Shown here: in pieces, positions 1 through 9,158 of the stretch
How positions within the stretch are numbered: the first letter of the stretch is position 1
How the letters are laid out: every line of letters begins with the position of its first letter
Source: a virus
Lineage: Duplodnaviria > Caudoviricetes
Length of the DNA: 40,392 bases
IMG/VR virus record: IMGVR_UViG_3300020044_007928
Location: 1-40,392 of that record
Strand: one strand, 5' to 3'
The notes under the pieces: model-generated
Told to the model about the DNA's origin: nothing
Database searches by the model: none
What the model saw: the letters and a program-made list of their open reading frames with translations, nothing else
Position numbers and translations under genes: made by a program

Positions 1-121
1 CCGCCACCCCCACCCGGTAGATACCACGTGGGGAAACCGGGCAGGCCTGGCGCGGGGTGCGTGGCCCCGGGGAGCTTCTTTGTTGCAGGCCTGCCCACTT
101 ATTTCAGGAGATGGAAAGCCA
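1..121. repeat. Terminal direct repeat, left copy (circular contig overlap)
   Basis: 1-121 is identical to 40272-40392; indicates a circular or complete assembly of about 40,271 bp. Confidence 0.95.
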
Positions 122-313
122 ATGGAAGAAGAATTTACGATGCGTCTGCTAGCTCTATCGTATGCGGCGACGCGCCTTGCCGATGATCTTGCCAATCTTG
201 ACGAGGACCAGCTTTACAAGCGCTTGTGGAAGGTAGGCGAATTAGCCAACGGCATCACCCACTCAGGCCTTGAATGCGTCAAAGCACGGAGGCCACACCG
301 TGAAAGCGCCTGA
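122..313 (+). CDS. Hypothetical early protein (MEEEFTMRLL...)
   Basis: ATG at 122 downstream of a purine-rich AGGAG/GGAAAG stretch, in frame with ORF 80..313; overlaps the next gene. Confidence 0.6.
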   Translation: MEEEFTMRLLALSYAATRLADDLANLDEDQLYKRLWKVGELANGITHSGLECVKARRPHRESA

Positions 314-560
314 CCTTGACCCGCGGGAAGTACAGCCGGCGGTTGAAGCGCTGGCAGAACAGGAAGCCAAGGCCAAGGCGGAAGCCGAGGCAGCCAAACC
401 CGTGGTATACCGTCCATGGGTGCCGAAGGGGCGCCCACCCATTCGGTGGGGCTTGGCGCTCCTGGCGCTTGTTGCCGGGTGCAGGCACGCGGAAACGGTT
501 ACGGTAACGATTAACCAAGGGCCGGTAGCGGCGCATATAACCATGGAGGTTTCAAGATGA
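300..560 (+). CDS. Hypothetical membrane/lipoprotein-like protein
   Basis: GGAGG upstream of GTG 300; hydrophobic segment ending LVAGC; ATGA overlap with csrA. Confidence 0.6.
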   Translation: MKAPDLDPREVQPAVEALAEQEAKAKAEAEAAKPVVYRPWVPKGRPPIRWGLALLALVAGCRHAETVTVTINQGPVAAHITMEVSR

Positions 561-763
561 CATACGGGCCAAGTTTCGGGGGGCTCTACTTAAACCGTAA
601 AGTCGGCGAAGAGCTCGTGATCGGCGAAGGGGAGAACGAATGTGTGATATGTGTGGAGGCGGCGGCGGGTGGGCGTGTGAGCCTGCGCATTACCGCCGGG
701 CCCAACGTAAGGATTGATCGTTCAGAAATTAGAAGGGAGAGGAACAATGACAACAGCAAGTGA
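557..763 (+). CDS. csrA: CsrA/RsmA-family carbon storage regulator homologue
   Basis: LYLNRKVGEELVIG...GGRVSLRITAGPNVRIDRSEI matches the CsrA pattern MLxLTRxxGExIxIG...VRIGIxAPxxVxIxRxEI. Confidence 0.85.
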   Translation: MTYGPSFGGLYLNRKVGEELVIGEGENECVICVEAAAGGRVSLRITAGPNVRIDRSEIRRERNNDNSK

Positions 764-1493
764 ATTGGTACCGATGGAAAGCACCGCGGAGAGGTGGGAA
801 ACCGCGGTGGTTGATGGCAACCTCGAGCGCCTGCAACCCGGCGAGCGTCTCGAGCTGGTGCGCAGAATCTGCGAGGCCACCGGGCTTACGCTGGAAAGCC
901 AACCCTTCCAATACCTCCGGCTTTCCGGCAAGCTGGTTCTATACGCGCGCCGAGACGCAACCGACCAGTTGCGCCGGGTGCACCGCGTGTCGGTGGCAAT
1001 CGTCAACCGAGAGACCACCGACGGCGTGCACGTAGTGACAGCACGGGCCACCATGCCCGATGGGCGTACAGACGAAAGCACCGGCGCGGTACCGGTGAAA
1101 GGCCTTCAGGGGGACGCGCTAGCGAATGCCCTGATGAAAGCCGAGACCAAGTCTAAGCGCCGCGTGACCTTGTCGATCTGCGGCCTTGGGATGCTAGACG
1201 AGTCAGAAGTCGAAAGCATTCCCGGGGCAGCGCCGGAACCCTTGGCGCTACCTGCGCCAGTTCAGGCAGCACCGACAGCGCCGGCGGAACGGAAAGCCGG
1301 GGTAAAGGCACTGGCAGAAATGGCGCGCCTTGGAAGGGAAGCCGGGGTCGATGCGGCCTTCTGGTTGGGGATCAAGAGCCATTACAACGTGAAGCAATCC
1401 GCGGATCTCACCGCGGTGCAGGCGGCAAACGTTATTGCTGACCTGCAAATGATGATCGAGGAACGAACCGCTATTCAAGGAGAAGGAAAATGA
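747..1493 (+). CDS. RecT/Bet-like single-strand annealing recombinase
   Basis: LYARRDATDQLR...ARATMPDGR...NALMKAETKSKRRVTLSICGLG resembles phage Bet/RecT SSAP cores; GAGAGG SD; adjacent to SSB-like gene. Confidence 0.65.
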   Translation: MTTASELVPMESTAERWETAVVDGNLERLQPGERLELVRRICEATGLTLESQPFQYLRLSGKLVLYARRDATDQLRRVHRVSVAIVNRETTDGVHVVTARATMPDGRTDESTGAVPVKGLQGDALANALMKAETKSKRRVTLSICGLGMLDESEVESIPGAAPEPLALPAPVQAAPTAPAERKAGVKALAEMARLGREAGVDAAFWLGIKSHYNVKQSADLTAVQAANVIADLQMMIEERTAIQGEGK

Positions 1494-1972
1494 GTCTTGA
1501 TCAGTTCGACCATGCGTTCAACCCGTCGAATAACAGCAGGCCCGCGGGCCTGGAGGCGCTGGAAGATGGCCCCTATCAGCTCGAAATAGTTCACGCGGAG
1601 CTTGTCACCCTTGACAAGTCAGGAGAGACAATCTTGAGATGGCGGTATCGGGTAACAGCCGGGCCATTTACCGGCACGGTATGCGAAGCGGCGACCTTCT
1701 TTAGAACGCCACTAAGCGCGAACCTTTTGGGCGCCGACCTTGCAATTCTTGGCTACCCAGTCCATGAATGGACGGTGGCGGCAGGCAAGCCATTCAGCCG
1801 GATGCTTCGGGAGACAGTGCCAAACCTGGCAGGCAAGGCCTTCCGGTGCAACAAGACCTCGGGACTTAGCCAAGCCGGCAAGCCTTGGCACAATATCCGC
1901 ATCACGTCGGTGGCGCCTTCCATGCCCCAACCGGTAGAACCAAGTTTCGATAAGGACGATATGCCCTTTTGA
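1490..1972 (+). CDS. Putative ssDNA-binding protein (DUF669-like)
   Basis: LEDGPYQLEI...LRWRYRVTAGPFTG N-terminal pattern and acidic-aromatic SSB-type tail DKDDMPF; lies between recombinase and primase. Confidence 0.6.
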   Translation: MSLDQFDHAFNPSNNSRPAGLEALEDGPYQLEIVHAELVTLDKSGETILRWRYRVTAGPFTGTVCEAATFFRTPLSANLLGADLAILGYPVHEWTVAAGKPFSRMLRETVPNLAGKAFRCNKTSGLSQAGKPWHNIRITSVAPSMPQPVEPSFDKDDMPF

Positions 1973-1991
1973 ACCTAGATTGACCAGCAAC

Positions 1992-2017
1992 GCGCCGGCG
2001 CCTTCGGGTGCCGGCGC
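1992..2017 (+). terminator. GC-rich UUCG hairpin (weak terminator or mRNA-stabilising stem) upstream of primase
   Basis: GCGCCGGCGCC-TTCG-GGTGCCGGCGC followed by CTCTTAC (poor U tract). Confidence 0.45.
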
Positions 2018-2036
2018 CTCTTACGGAGAGGATGAT

Positions 2037-4124
2037 ATGACAGAACAGGAACGAGTATTGGAATGCCTTGAGTATTTCACCGAGCCCGGCGACATAATCG
2101 AAATCAGGGCATTCTTGCCAGCCGGCGCGGTATGCGGTTGGTATCGGCACGAAGACCTTGACGCAGCAGCCCGGGCCGTGGCAGACCTTGAGCGAAGTCA
2201 AGCAACCGGCATTTACTTTACACCCAACCCCGTGGCGCCCAGATTGGCGGCGCGGCGCCTCGGGCAGATTGGCCCGGCGACAGTCTGCACGCGAGACGCC
2301 GACATCCTGCGCCGGCGGTGGTTGTTGATCGACATCGACCCGACAAGGCCCACCGGCAGCAACGCAAGCGAGGCAGAGCGCGCCGCGGCGTGGCAGGTGG
2401 CAAGCCATGTACAGGCAATCATGGGCGCCGCCGGGCTAGTGGCGCCGGTTATTGGCAGCTCCGGCAACGGGTGGCACCTTTGCTACCCGATAGACTGGCC
2501 AAACGATGACGAAAGCCGGACCCGGCACAAGATAATCTTGGCGGAATTGGCGAAGCGGTGCGACACAGCCGAGGCGGCGGTGGATACCGTCACCTACAAC
2601 GCGGCGCGGATCTGGAAGCTATACGGCACCAAGGCACGCAAGGGACCCAACACCGACGACAGGCCCCAACGAATCGCATTTGTGGCAAGCGCACCCGCGG
2701 CGGTATTGGACGAAGCCACCCGCGAGACCAACAACCGAGCCATCGAGGTGGGGCTCGTCGGCGCTTGGGCCCGGCAAACCGCGGCGCTGCAAAGCCTGGA
2801 GCGCCAACGCACCGAGCCGGACACTGTGGCGCGGGCCCGGGCATACCTGGCGAAGATACCCGGCGCGGTAAGCGGAAGCGGCGGCCATGGGCAGACCTAT
2901 CATGCGGCCATGGAGCTGGTGGAGGGCTTCGGGCTTGATCAGGAGACAGCGCTAGCCTTGCTTCGGGAGTGGAACGCAACATGCCAGCCACCGTGGACAG
3001 AGCCGGAGCTGGTTCACAAGATCAACAGCGCGGCGAAGAACGCCAGAGACACAGGGCGTCTACTTGGCGCCGGCAGGCAGGCCCAGCCCGCGGGAAGGCC
3101 TGCACCAAGGCCCGCGGCACCGTACCTCGGGCCGGAGTCAGTGCCGGAGGACATACCGCCTGAAGGCGACCCAGACGCAACCGCGGCGGACCTGATAGCG
3201 TTGCAGGCAACCATCACTTGGACTTGGCCCGGGTGGATTCAACGCGGAACCCTCACCTGTTTAGCTTCTGATCCGGGCATAGGCAAAACGCGCCTATGTG
3301 CCGACATTGCGCGGCGCCTATGGTTAGGTTTACCTTGGCCCGACGGCACGCCGGCAACGCACCCGGTGGGCTCTCGCGTCATGTGGATTGCAGCCGATAG
3401 TCAATGGGCTGAACTGGGGACCATACCGGGGGAATTCGGATTCGCACCCGAGGCCATTGTGCTTAACGGCAACCGAAGCAACCCATATGCCGGCACCAAT
3501 CTAGACAGCATTGAGGACCTTGCAGCATTGGAGCGCCGAATCCGGCGAGTGCAGCCGGTGGTGGTGTTTGTGGACACCTGCGGCAACGCAACTGATAGGA
3601 ATCAGGGCAGGCCCGAAGAAGCCAAGGCGTTTTTCAAACCCTTGGCGGAGATCGCCACCCGATGCAACGTTTCAATCGTGCTGGTCACTCATTTAAACCG
3701 TGGCGGGCAGGTACTGGGCAACCGGATTGTTGGCGCGGTGCGGCAGGTAATCAACCTTGACGCACCCGATGCAACAGCCGAGAATCGGCGCCGGTTGCAA
3801 GTCTCGAAAACCAACAGCAAGAAACCGCCGGCGCTTGGGGTAACGATGGACAGCGGCGGCAATGAATACGATTTGGACCCGCCCCGAGGCGCCGACGATA
3901 CCGGCGGCGAGCCGGGCAGGCCCGCGGCAAACCTGGGAAGCGACATGGATTGGCTACGGGAAACATTGGCCATGGGCCCGAAGAGAGTTTCCCTAATCCG
4001 GAATGATGCTCAGGCTTCTGGCATCGGTTCAAGTCGGCTATATAAAGCCAAGGAAGGCGCCCGGGTGGAGCAAGAGGAGCGCGACGGCAAGCAGTGGTGG
4101 AGGCTACCGGATGAAATATCTTAG
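2037..4124 (+). CDS. Primase-helicase (AEP-like primase + PriCT + RepA/AAA_25-type helicase)
   Basis: LLIDIDP and SSGNGWH primase motifs; WNATCQPPWTEPEL PriCT-like region; Walker A SDPGIGKT and Walker B VVFVDT. Confidence 0.85.
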   Translation: MTEQERVLECLEYFTEPGDIIEIRAFLPAGAVCGWYRHEDLDAAARAVADLERSQATGIYFTPNPVAPRLAARRLGQIGPATVCTRDADILRRRWLLIDIDPTRPTGSNASEAERAAAWQVASHVQAIMGAAGLVAPVIGSSGNGWHLCYPIDWPNDDESRTRHKIILAELAKRCDTAEAAVDTVTYNAARIWKLYGTKARKGPNTDDRPQRIAFVASAPAAVLDEATRETNNRAIEVGLVGAWARQTAALQSLERQRTEPDTVARARAYLAKIPGAVSGSGGHGQTYHAAMELVEGFGLDQETALALLREWNATCQPPWTEPELVHKINSAAKNARDTGRLLGAGRQAQPAGRPAPRPAAPYLGPESVPEDIPPEGDPDATAADLIALQATITWTWPGWIQRGTLTCLASDPGIGKTRLCADIARRLWLGLPWPDGTPATHPVGSRVMWIAADSQWAELGTIPGEFGFAPEAIVLNGNRSNPYAGTNLDSIEDLAALERRIRRVQPVVVFVDTCGNATDRNQGRPEEAKAFFKPLAEIATRCNVSIVLVTHLNRGGQVLGNRIVGAVRQVINLDAPDATAENRRRLQVSKTNSKKPPALGVTMDSGGNEYDLDPPRGADDTGGEPGRPAANLGSDMDWLRETLAMGPKRVSLIRNDAQASGIGSSRLYKAKEGARVEQEERDGKQWWRLPDEIS

Positions 4125-5283
4125 CGTCTGCTCCGGCATTGAAGCCGCTACCGTAGCGTGGCATCCACTAGGCTGGCAGGCGGTGGCGTATTCTGAAATC
4201 GAACCGTTTCCGTCGGCAGTCTTGGCGCACCATTACCCGGATACGCCAAACCTCGGCGATATGACGAAATATAAGGAGTGGGATAGTGGAAGAATTGGTG
4301 CAATTGACGTTCTGGCCGGAGGAACCCCCTGCCAATCGTTCTCCATTGCTGGACTGCGAAAAGGACTTGAAGATCCCCGCGGGAACCTCATGCTCACTTA
4401 TTTGGCAATTGCTGAGAGATTTAAACCTCGATGGATCGTTTGGGAAAACGTCCCCGGTGTCTTGTCCAGCAACGGAGGACGGGATTTTGGTGCCTTCCTC
4501 GGGGCGTTGGGGCAACTGGGGTATGAGTGGTCCTACAGAGTCTTGGACGCTCAATGGTTCGGAGTGGCCCAAAGACGCAAGCGTGTGTTTGTTGTCGCGC
4601 ATATTGGAAATGAAGGACGTTCCAAGCAGGTTCTTTTTAAACGAGAGAGCGTGTGCAGGAATACTCCGCCGAGCCGAAAAGCGGAAAAAGAAACTGCCGG
4701 GACAATTACAGTCGGCACTGAAATTCGTTATGATGGAGAATCGCAAACATTTGTCTCAAGAATAAATTATTGCGCCGAGGTCACTGGCACTCTTGCTGCT
4801 GCTGACGGTCCAAAGGGAGTAAGTGACCAGTATTCCCATGAGGGTAAATTGATTGCCATCTCCTGCATGAGTTCAGGCCAAGCAAATGCGGAGATCACGG
4901 AAAACATTTGCCCAACCCTAAGCTGTTTGCATGAGGCACCAATTGTTGTTGATCCATGCAAGTCCTTTTATGTTAGTGATGCTCGCAAGAAGGGCACAGT
5001 TGAACTGCGTGATCAATTTAAAGCCCTGACAAGCCAAGCAAACGGTGGTGACACTGAACCATGTGTGGTGTGTGAACCATCAATGGGTGTTCGCCGATTA
5101 ACACCGCGTGAATGCGAGCGTTTGCAGGGCTTTCCTGACGACTACACCGCAATACCTTGGCGCCGGAAGGCGGCGAATCAATGCCCGGATGGCCCGCGAT
5201 ACAGGGCGCTGGGCAATTCAATGGCGGTGCCGGTTATGCAGTGGATCGGCAAGAGGATAGAAGAGGAGGCAAGAGATGATTGA
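4111..5283 (+). CDS. DNA (cytosine-5) methyltransferase 1
   Basis: Motif I SVCSGIEA, IV GGTPCQSFS, VI WENVPG, VIII QRRKRVF, IX RRLTPRECERLQGFPD, X YRALGNS. Confidence 0.95.
   Translation: MKYLSVCSGIEAATVAWHPLGWQAVAYSEIEPFPSAVLAHHYPDTPNLGDMTKYKEWDSGRIGAIDVLAGGTPCQSFSIAGLRKGLEDPRGNLMLTYLAIAERFKPRWIVWENVPGVLSSNGGRDFGAFLGALGQLGYEWSYRVLDAQWFGVAQRRKRVFVVAHIGNEGRSKQVLFKRESVCRNTPPSRKAEKETAGTITVGTEIRYDGESQTFVSRINYCAEVTGTLAAADGPKGVSDQYSHEGKLIAISCMSSGQANAEITENICPTLSCLHEAPIVVDPCKSFYVSDARKKGTVELRDQFKALTSQANGGDTEPCVVCEPSMGVRRLTPRECERLQGFPDDYTAIPWRRKAANQCPDGPRYRALGNSMAVPVMQWIGKRIEEEARDD
4286..4765 (+). CDS. Overlapping +1-frame ORF inside methyltransferase 1 (M.EcoHK31I beta-like polypeptide)
   Basis: 159-codon open frame with TAAGGAG SD 7 nt before the GTG; C-terminal LSRILE..VPSRFFLNERACAGILRRAEKRKKKLP..L..AL resembles nested MTase beta-type peptides (from recall). 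Confidence 0.55.
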   Translation: MEELVQLTFWPEEPPANRSPLLDCEKDLKIPAGTSCSLIWQLLRDLNLDGSFGKTSPVSCPATEDGILVPSSGRWGNWGMSGPTESWTLNGSEWPKDASVCLLSRILEMKDVPSRFFLNERACAGILRRAEKRKKKLPGQLQSALKFVMMENRKHLSQE

Positions 5284-5401
5284 GCGAAGCCCGCCCACAC
5301 CGGTGGCAATGCTATTGGCGTGGGTGTTTTTCTGCTTGTTAGTTTGTTTTTGTGTTTGGCTTGGGCGGTTTATTTTTGTTGGCTATTTCGGGGGCGCTTG
5401 A
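5276..5401 (+). CDS. Small membrane peptide (41 aa, MIERSPPTPVAMLLAWVFFCLLVCFCVWLGRFIFVGYFGGA)
   Basis: Read manually; GAGGAGG SD, overlaps the MTase stop, ends 3 nt before the next ATG; single hydrophobic helix. Confidence 0.55.
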   Translation: MIERSPPTPVAMLLAWVFFCLLVCFCVWLGRFIFVGYFGGA

Positions 5402-5404
5402 ATA

Positions 5405-5587
5405 ATGGCGAGCTACACCATCTCAGACTTTGCAGGCGCCAAGCTTGCAATCATGATGTATCAGGGCATCTTGAAGGAAACCGCGGAAGCGCTGCGCGAA
5501 AACACCAAGGCGGAAATCTGCGGAGAGGAATACCACCCCGAGTGGGTGCAAGATTTGTTATTGAAAATCGAATCGGTGGGAGGTTGA
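5405..5587 (+). CDS. Hypothetical protein
   Basis: Compact ORF tightly packed between neighbours. Confidence 0.6.
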   Translation: MASYTISDFAGAKLAIMMYQGILKETAEALRENTKAEICGEEYHPEWVQDLLLKIESVGG

Positions 5588-5590
5588 ACC

Positions 5591-6337
5591 GTGGAACGGA
5601 TCATGGCGCGAGACCTGGCGGTTATGTGCGGAATGCACGTTTCAAACGTGACCCATTTATTGAACCGCGGCATCATATCACCACCCACTGGCATGATTAG
5701 AAACCGCCGGCATCGGTACTGGACGCCGACAGCGGCGGCGGCCAACGTCGTAGCGGTTGAAGCCTACCGGAAGTCAAAGATCCTACCGCCGGCGGCGCCG
5801 GAAGTGCGGGAATTCTACGATAACAACCTACCGCTGGTTTATAAGGCGGCGCGGCGATGGGTGCCGACGGGCATTGACGTTGAGGACTGGCAACAGGAAT
5901 GCGCGCTAAACGTGTTACGGAACCTGCACAGTTTCGACGCAAGCAAGGGCGCGTTTTCGACATGGTGCTATCGGGTGTGCTGGTCAATAGCGGTTGAATA
6001 TGTGCGCATGGAACGCATAAGGAAATCACTGGCGGCGCAATCCCTGCACACCCGCGGCAGTGATGGCGAGTCCTACACCATCGACATTGAGGACCACCGG
6101 CAGCCTGACCCGGCAAGGGCAGCGGCCCACCTGGTGGACGATGTGCGGCAAGGCCTGCGAAGCCTTCCAACGCGCTCACAGGAAGTCGTTATGTCCATAA
6201 TCGACAAGGAACCGGAGCGAGCCATCGGGCGCCGAATCGGTATCACCCGGCAACGGGTGGACCAGATCTGGAAACAGAGCAAGCGGAAACTTGCTAGCGT
6301 GATGTCATCCATGGGGTACGATGGGGGAGAGGAATGA
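5591..6337 (+). CDS. ECF-like sigma-70 family factor with N-terminal AlpA/MerR-like wHTH
   Basis: Region 2: NLPLVYKAARR..DVEDWQQEC..LRNLHSFDASKGAFSTWCYR; region 4: LPTRSQEVV..RAIGRRIGITRQRVDQI..KRKL; GGAGG SD. Confidence 0.85.
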   Translation: MERIMARDLAVMCGMHVSNVTHLLNRGIISPPTGMIRNRRHRYWTPTAAAANVVAVEAYRKSKILPPAAPEVREFYDNNLPLVYKAARRWVPTGIDVEDWQQECALNVLRNLHSFDASKGAFSTWCYRVCWSIAVEYVRMERIRKSLAAQSLHTRGSDGESYTIDIEDHRQPDPARAAAHLVDDVRQGLRSLPTRSQEVVMSIIDKEPERAIGRRIGITRQRVDQIWKQSKRKLASVMSSMGYDGGEE

Positions 6338-6519
6338 GGAAGGATTTTATAGAGAGGCAGCTAACGCCGGAAGTTCTAGGCGCGGCGCTTGAAGCCTTGG
6401 CCCACCAGTGGGCCGAAGCGGTGGCGGAAGTGGAACGGTTGAAGGCGCAGATTCAGCAAGAGCGGGCTACTTGCCGGTGCTGGGAAGCACAGCAGCCACC
6501 GGACCTAATCGACGAATAG
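6334..6519 (+). CDS. Hypothetical coiled-coil protein
   Basis: ATGA overlap with the sigma gene; GGAGAGG SD. Confidence 0.6.
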   Translation: MRKDFIERQLTPEVLGAALEALAHQWAEAVAEVERLKAQIQQERATCRCWEAQQPPDLIDE

Positions 6520-6529
6520 GGGCGGCACC

Positions 6530-6829
6530 ATGATTGACCTTCCCGAGCTGATTGACGCGAGCACCGGCACGGTGACTACCTGCGCAGACATTGCGCGGTT
6601 GGACGCAGTGCTTGAAAGCGGGAAGCGCCTTACCAGCGCCGACGGGAAGCAATTGCTCCAAGACCTTGCCAATCTGCGGTACCGGTTTGCAGTTGATCGG
6701 GTACAGCACCAAGTCATGGAAATTCTAAGCCGATCATGGGAAGGCGCCGACGAAGCGGTGGCGGATCTACTAGCGGCGCGGAAGTTGCTTCGATGGGTTT
6801 GCAGGGAGCATCAGGATATGCGAGAATGA
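6530..6829 (+). CDS. Hypothetical protein
   Basis: Tightly packed ORF with ATGA overlap to rusA. Confidence 0.65.
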   Translation: MIDLPELIDASTGTVTTCADIARLDAVLESGKRLTSADGKQLLQDLANLRYRFAVDRVQHQVMEILSRSWEGADEAVADLLAARKLLRWVCREHQDMRE

Positions 6830-7257
6830 CTCAGCCCGCACCCGGGCCAGATCAAACACCGCTAGCCAAGGTTGTATTCAACCTTGAGCCCCCACCCTCC
6901 ATTAACCACATTTGGCAACGTGGTTCCCGCGGCAAAGTCTTCCGAAGCCGTAACTACCTCACCTGGCTTCGCATCTCTCACCTAATGATCGGCAGGCCGG
7001 GAGTTTTCCCGGGCCCGGTGGCGGTGCGGTTATGGATGATTGGCGGGAAGGGATGGAGGAAGGGCAGGGACATCGACAACGTGCTAAAACCGATTTTAGA
7101 CTTCCTAGTTCACGCCGGACTTATTCCCGATGACAATCATGAAATTGTGCAACGTATCACCATCACCTACAGCGACCCGCCCAAGGCCAAGGACAAGGCT
7201 TTTCTCCGGGTCCGCATCCACGCCATTAAGGGGTTTGCGGATGCAACCCAACCATAA
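6826..7257 (+). CDS. rusA: RusA-family Holliday junction resolvase
   Basis: PPPSINHIW and RDIDNVLKPILDFL...IPDDN motifs. Confidence 0.85.
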   Translation: MTQPAPGPDQTPLAKVVFNLEPPPSINHIWQRGSRGKVFRSRNYLTWLRISHLMIGRPGVFPGPVAVRLWMIGGKGWRKGRDIDNVLKPILDFLVHAGLIPDDNHEIVQRITITYSDPPKAKDKAFLRVRIHAIKGFADATQP

Positions 7258-7576
7258 CCAGACAATCCTAATTCGGGTGCTGGTGGAGCGCATCGAGGAA
7301 GCCAGCGGCGCAATCTCGATGGAGGTCGAGGCATGGGAAACGTTTTGCCGGATGGTCCTTCCGGAGTTTTTCGGCGACAGGCCCGAAGATCCGCGGGACA
7401 CAGACACAGCACCGGGTAGCGTCGAGAAAATTGATAAGATGGCCCAACGGGTGGCTAAGGGAATGAACCCGTTCAGTGAACACGATACCATCCTGCACCA
7501 TCGGCACACCGCGGGCAGGGGGCTTGACTACCGGCTATCGGGGGAGATTGAATATGAAGATCAGGGACAGGATTAA
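7241..7576 (+). CDS. Hypothetical protein with PGSxEK motif
   Basis: TDTAPGSVEKIDKMAQRVAKGMNPFSEHD; recalled as resembling small planctomycete proteins. Confidence 0.55.
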   Translation: MQPNHNQTILIRVLVERIEEASGAISMEVEAWETFCRMVLPEFFGDRPEDPRDTDTAPGSVEKIDKMAQRVAKGMNPFSEHDTILHHRHTAGRGLDYRLSGEIEYEDQGQD

Positions 7577-8066
7577 AGAGCTTCGACGGGTGCCGGCTTG
7601 TGACCTGATACCCAACCCAAGGAACTGGCGCACCCACGGCAAGGCCCAAGCCGAAGCGCTTCAAGGCCTTCTCGCCGAAGTAGGCTTCGCCGGTGCGGTA
7701 TTGGCCCGGGAAACGCCGGAAGGTTTGATGTTGATTGACGGGCACCTACGTAGTGAAACCGCCGGCGCCGGCATAATACCGGTGCTGGTGCTTGATGTGA
7801 CAGAATCGGAAGCCGACAAGATCTTGGCGACGTACGACCCGATTGGCGCCATGGCGGACAGCGACGCGGCGAAGCTCGACAGTTTGTTGAGGGATGTACA
7901 GACGGGGAACCAGGCCTTGGCGACGATGCTAGCAGAGCTGGCGGAGGCCGCGGGGGTGATACCTGGCACGGAAGAAGGCCAGACGGAAGAAGTAGACGTG
8001 GAAGAATTTGAGTTTGATACGATTTGCCCGAAATGTAAATTTGAGTTTAACAATGAAAGAGCTTAG
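7554..8066 (+). CDS. ParB/Srx-like N-terminal domain protein with C-terminal CPxC zinc knuckle
   Basis: DLIPNPRNWRTH...LIDGHLR pattern; ends ICPKCKFEF; typical neighbour of phage MTase and terminase genes. Confidence 0.8.
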   Translation: MKIRDRIKELRRVPACDLIPNPRNWRTHGKAQAEALQGLLAEVGFAGAVLARETPEGLMLIDGHLRSETAGAGIIPVLVLDVTESEADKILATYDPIGAMADSDAAKLDSLLRDVQTGNQALATMLAELAEAAGVIPGTEEGQTEEVDVEEFEFDTICPKCKFEFNNERA

Positions 8067-9120
8067 CGAAATAAGTTGGAAGCTATCGGACCTTGATTCA
8101 GTGCCTCAAAACGGCATCAAGGTTATGTCCACGTTTGCTTGTGGCGGCGGCTCTTCAATGGGGTATAAGCGGGCAGGCTGCAAGATTGTGGCGGCAAACG
8201 ATATCGACCCGGAAATGGCGTGGCATTACAAAAAGAACCTTAACCCGCCCTTGTATTATCTGTGCCCGATTCGTGACTTGTTAACCGCGGAGCTTCCCGA
8301 AGAACTATTCGCCTTGGATATTCTTGATGGATCGCCACCATGCAGCACGTTTTCAATAGCGGGGAATCGGCAAAAAGATTGGGGCAAAAAAAAGCACTTT
8401 CGGGAAGGGCAAGCTTCTCAGGTGCTGAGCGATTTGTTCTTTGATTACCTTGACCTGGTGGAGCGCTTAAAGCCCCGCGTTGCCATAGCGGAAAACGTTA
8501 AGGGAATGATCATGGGCAGCGCAAAAGGTTACACGAAGCTTGTGATGGAAAGACTAAAGGAAATTGGATACAGGCCGCAATTGTTCCTTGTGAATGCGGC
8601 AGATTGTGGAGTGCCGCAACGCCGGGAGCGAGTGTTTTTTGTTGCTTTGCGAAACGATATTGAGGCGCCATTGTTAAAATTTGCGCCGAAGCACCGATGG
8701 ATTGGCGCTGGCGAAGCGACAGGGGATGTGCAAGAATTGACAGCGGCGGAAAGAAAAGATTGCAACGTAACTGATTCAGCCAAGAAATACTGGGCAAAAA
8801 CTATTCAAGGCGATTCGTTTTCGCGCATTGCGTCATTAGATAAAGGCAAGCCGTCACACTTTAACTGGATTAGGTTGCATGGATTGCAACCGTCCCCAAC
8901 ATTACCGGCTGAACATGCAAAGATTCATCATTGGACAGAATGCAGACCGCTTACCTACCGCGAATGGAAGCGACTCGGTTCCTTTCCTGATGACTACCAC
9001 GCCAAGACTGACAAGATCGGCAAGTACATGATCGGGATGTCCGTACCGCCGAAAATGACAGAACAGGTAGCACGGGCCGTTATTGATCAATGGCTAAGGC
9101 CGGTAAGACAAGATGATTAG
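8053..9120 (+). CDS. DNA (cytosine-5) methyltransferase 2
   Basis: STFACGGG, DGSPPCSTFS, AENVKG, PQRRERVFF, LGSFPDDY, IGMSVPP. Confidence 0.92.
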   Translation: MKELSEISWKLSDLDSVPQNGIKVMSTFACGGGSSMGYKRAGCKIVAANDIDPEMAWHYKKNLNPPLYYLCPIRDLLTAELPEELFALDILDGSPPCSTFSIAGNRQKDWGKKKHFREGQASQVLSDLFFDYLDLVERLKPRVAIAENVKGMIMGSAKGYTKLVMERLKEIGYRPQLFLVNAADCGVPQRRERVFFVALRNDIEAPLLKFAPKHRWIGAGEATGDVQELTAAERKDCNVTDSAKKYWAKTIQGDSFSRIASLDKGKPSHFNWIRLHGLQPSPTLPAEHAKIHHWTECRPLTYREWKRLGSFPDDYHAKTDKIGKYMIGMSVPPKMTEQVARAVIDQWLRPVRQDD

Positions 9121-9158
9121 GCTGTTTGGGTTGTTGTGAACTGAGGAATATAGCTACT

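Noticed and set aside
1-121. 121-bp repeat as a biological terminal repeat of the virion DNA
   Set aside because: An exact overlap starting mid-way through a structured intergenic element is more simply an assembler circularisation overlap; cannot be decided without reads
5320-5700. 126-aa ORF from the track
   Set aside because: Overlaps better-supported ORFs (5276..5401, 5405..5587, 5591..) that have SDs and tight coupling
7554-8066. Plasmid-prophage partition system
   Set aside because: Only a ParB/Srx N-terminal domain beside the MTase and terminase; no ParA or HTH partition domain seen
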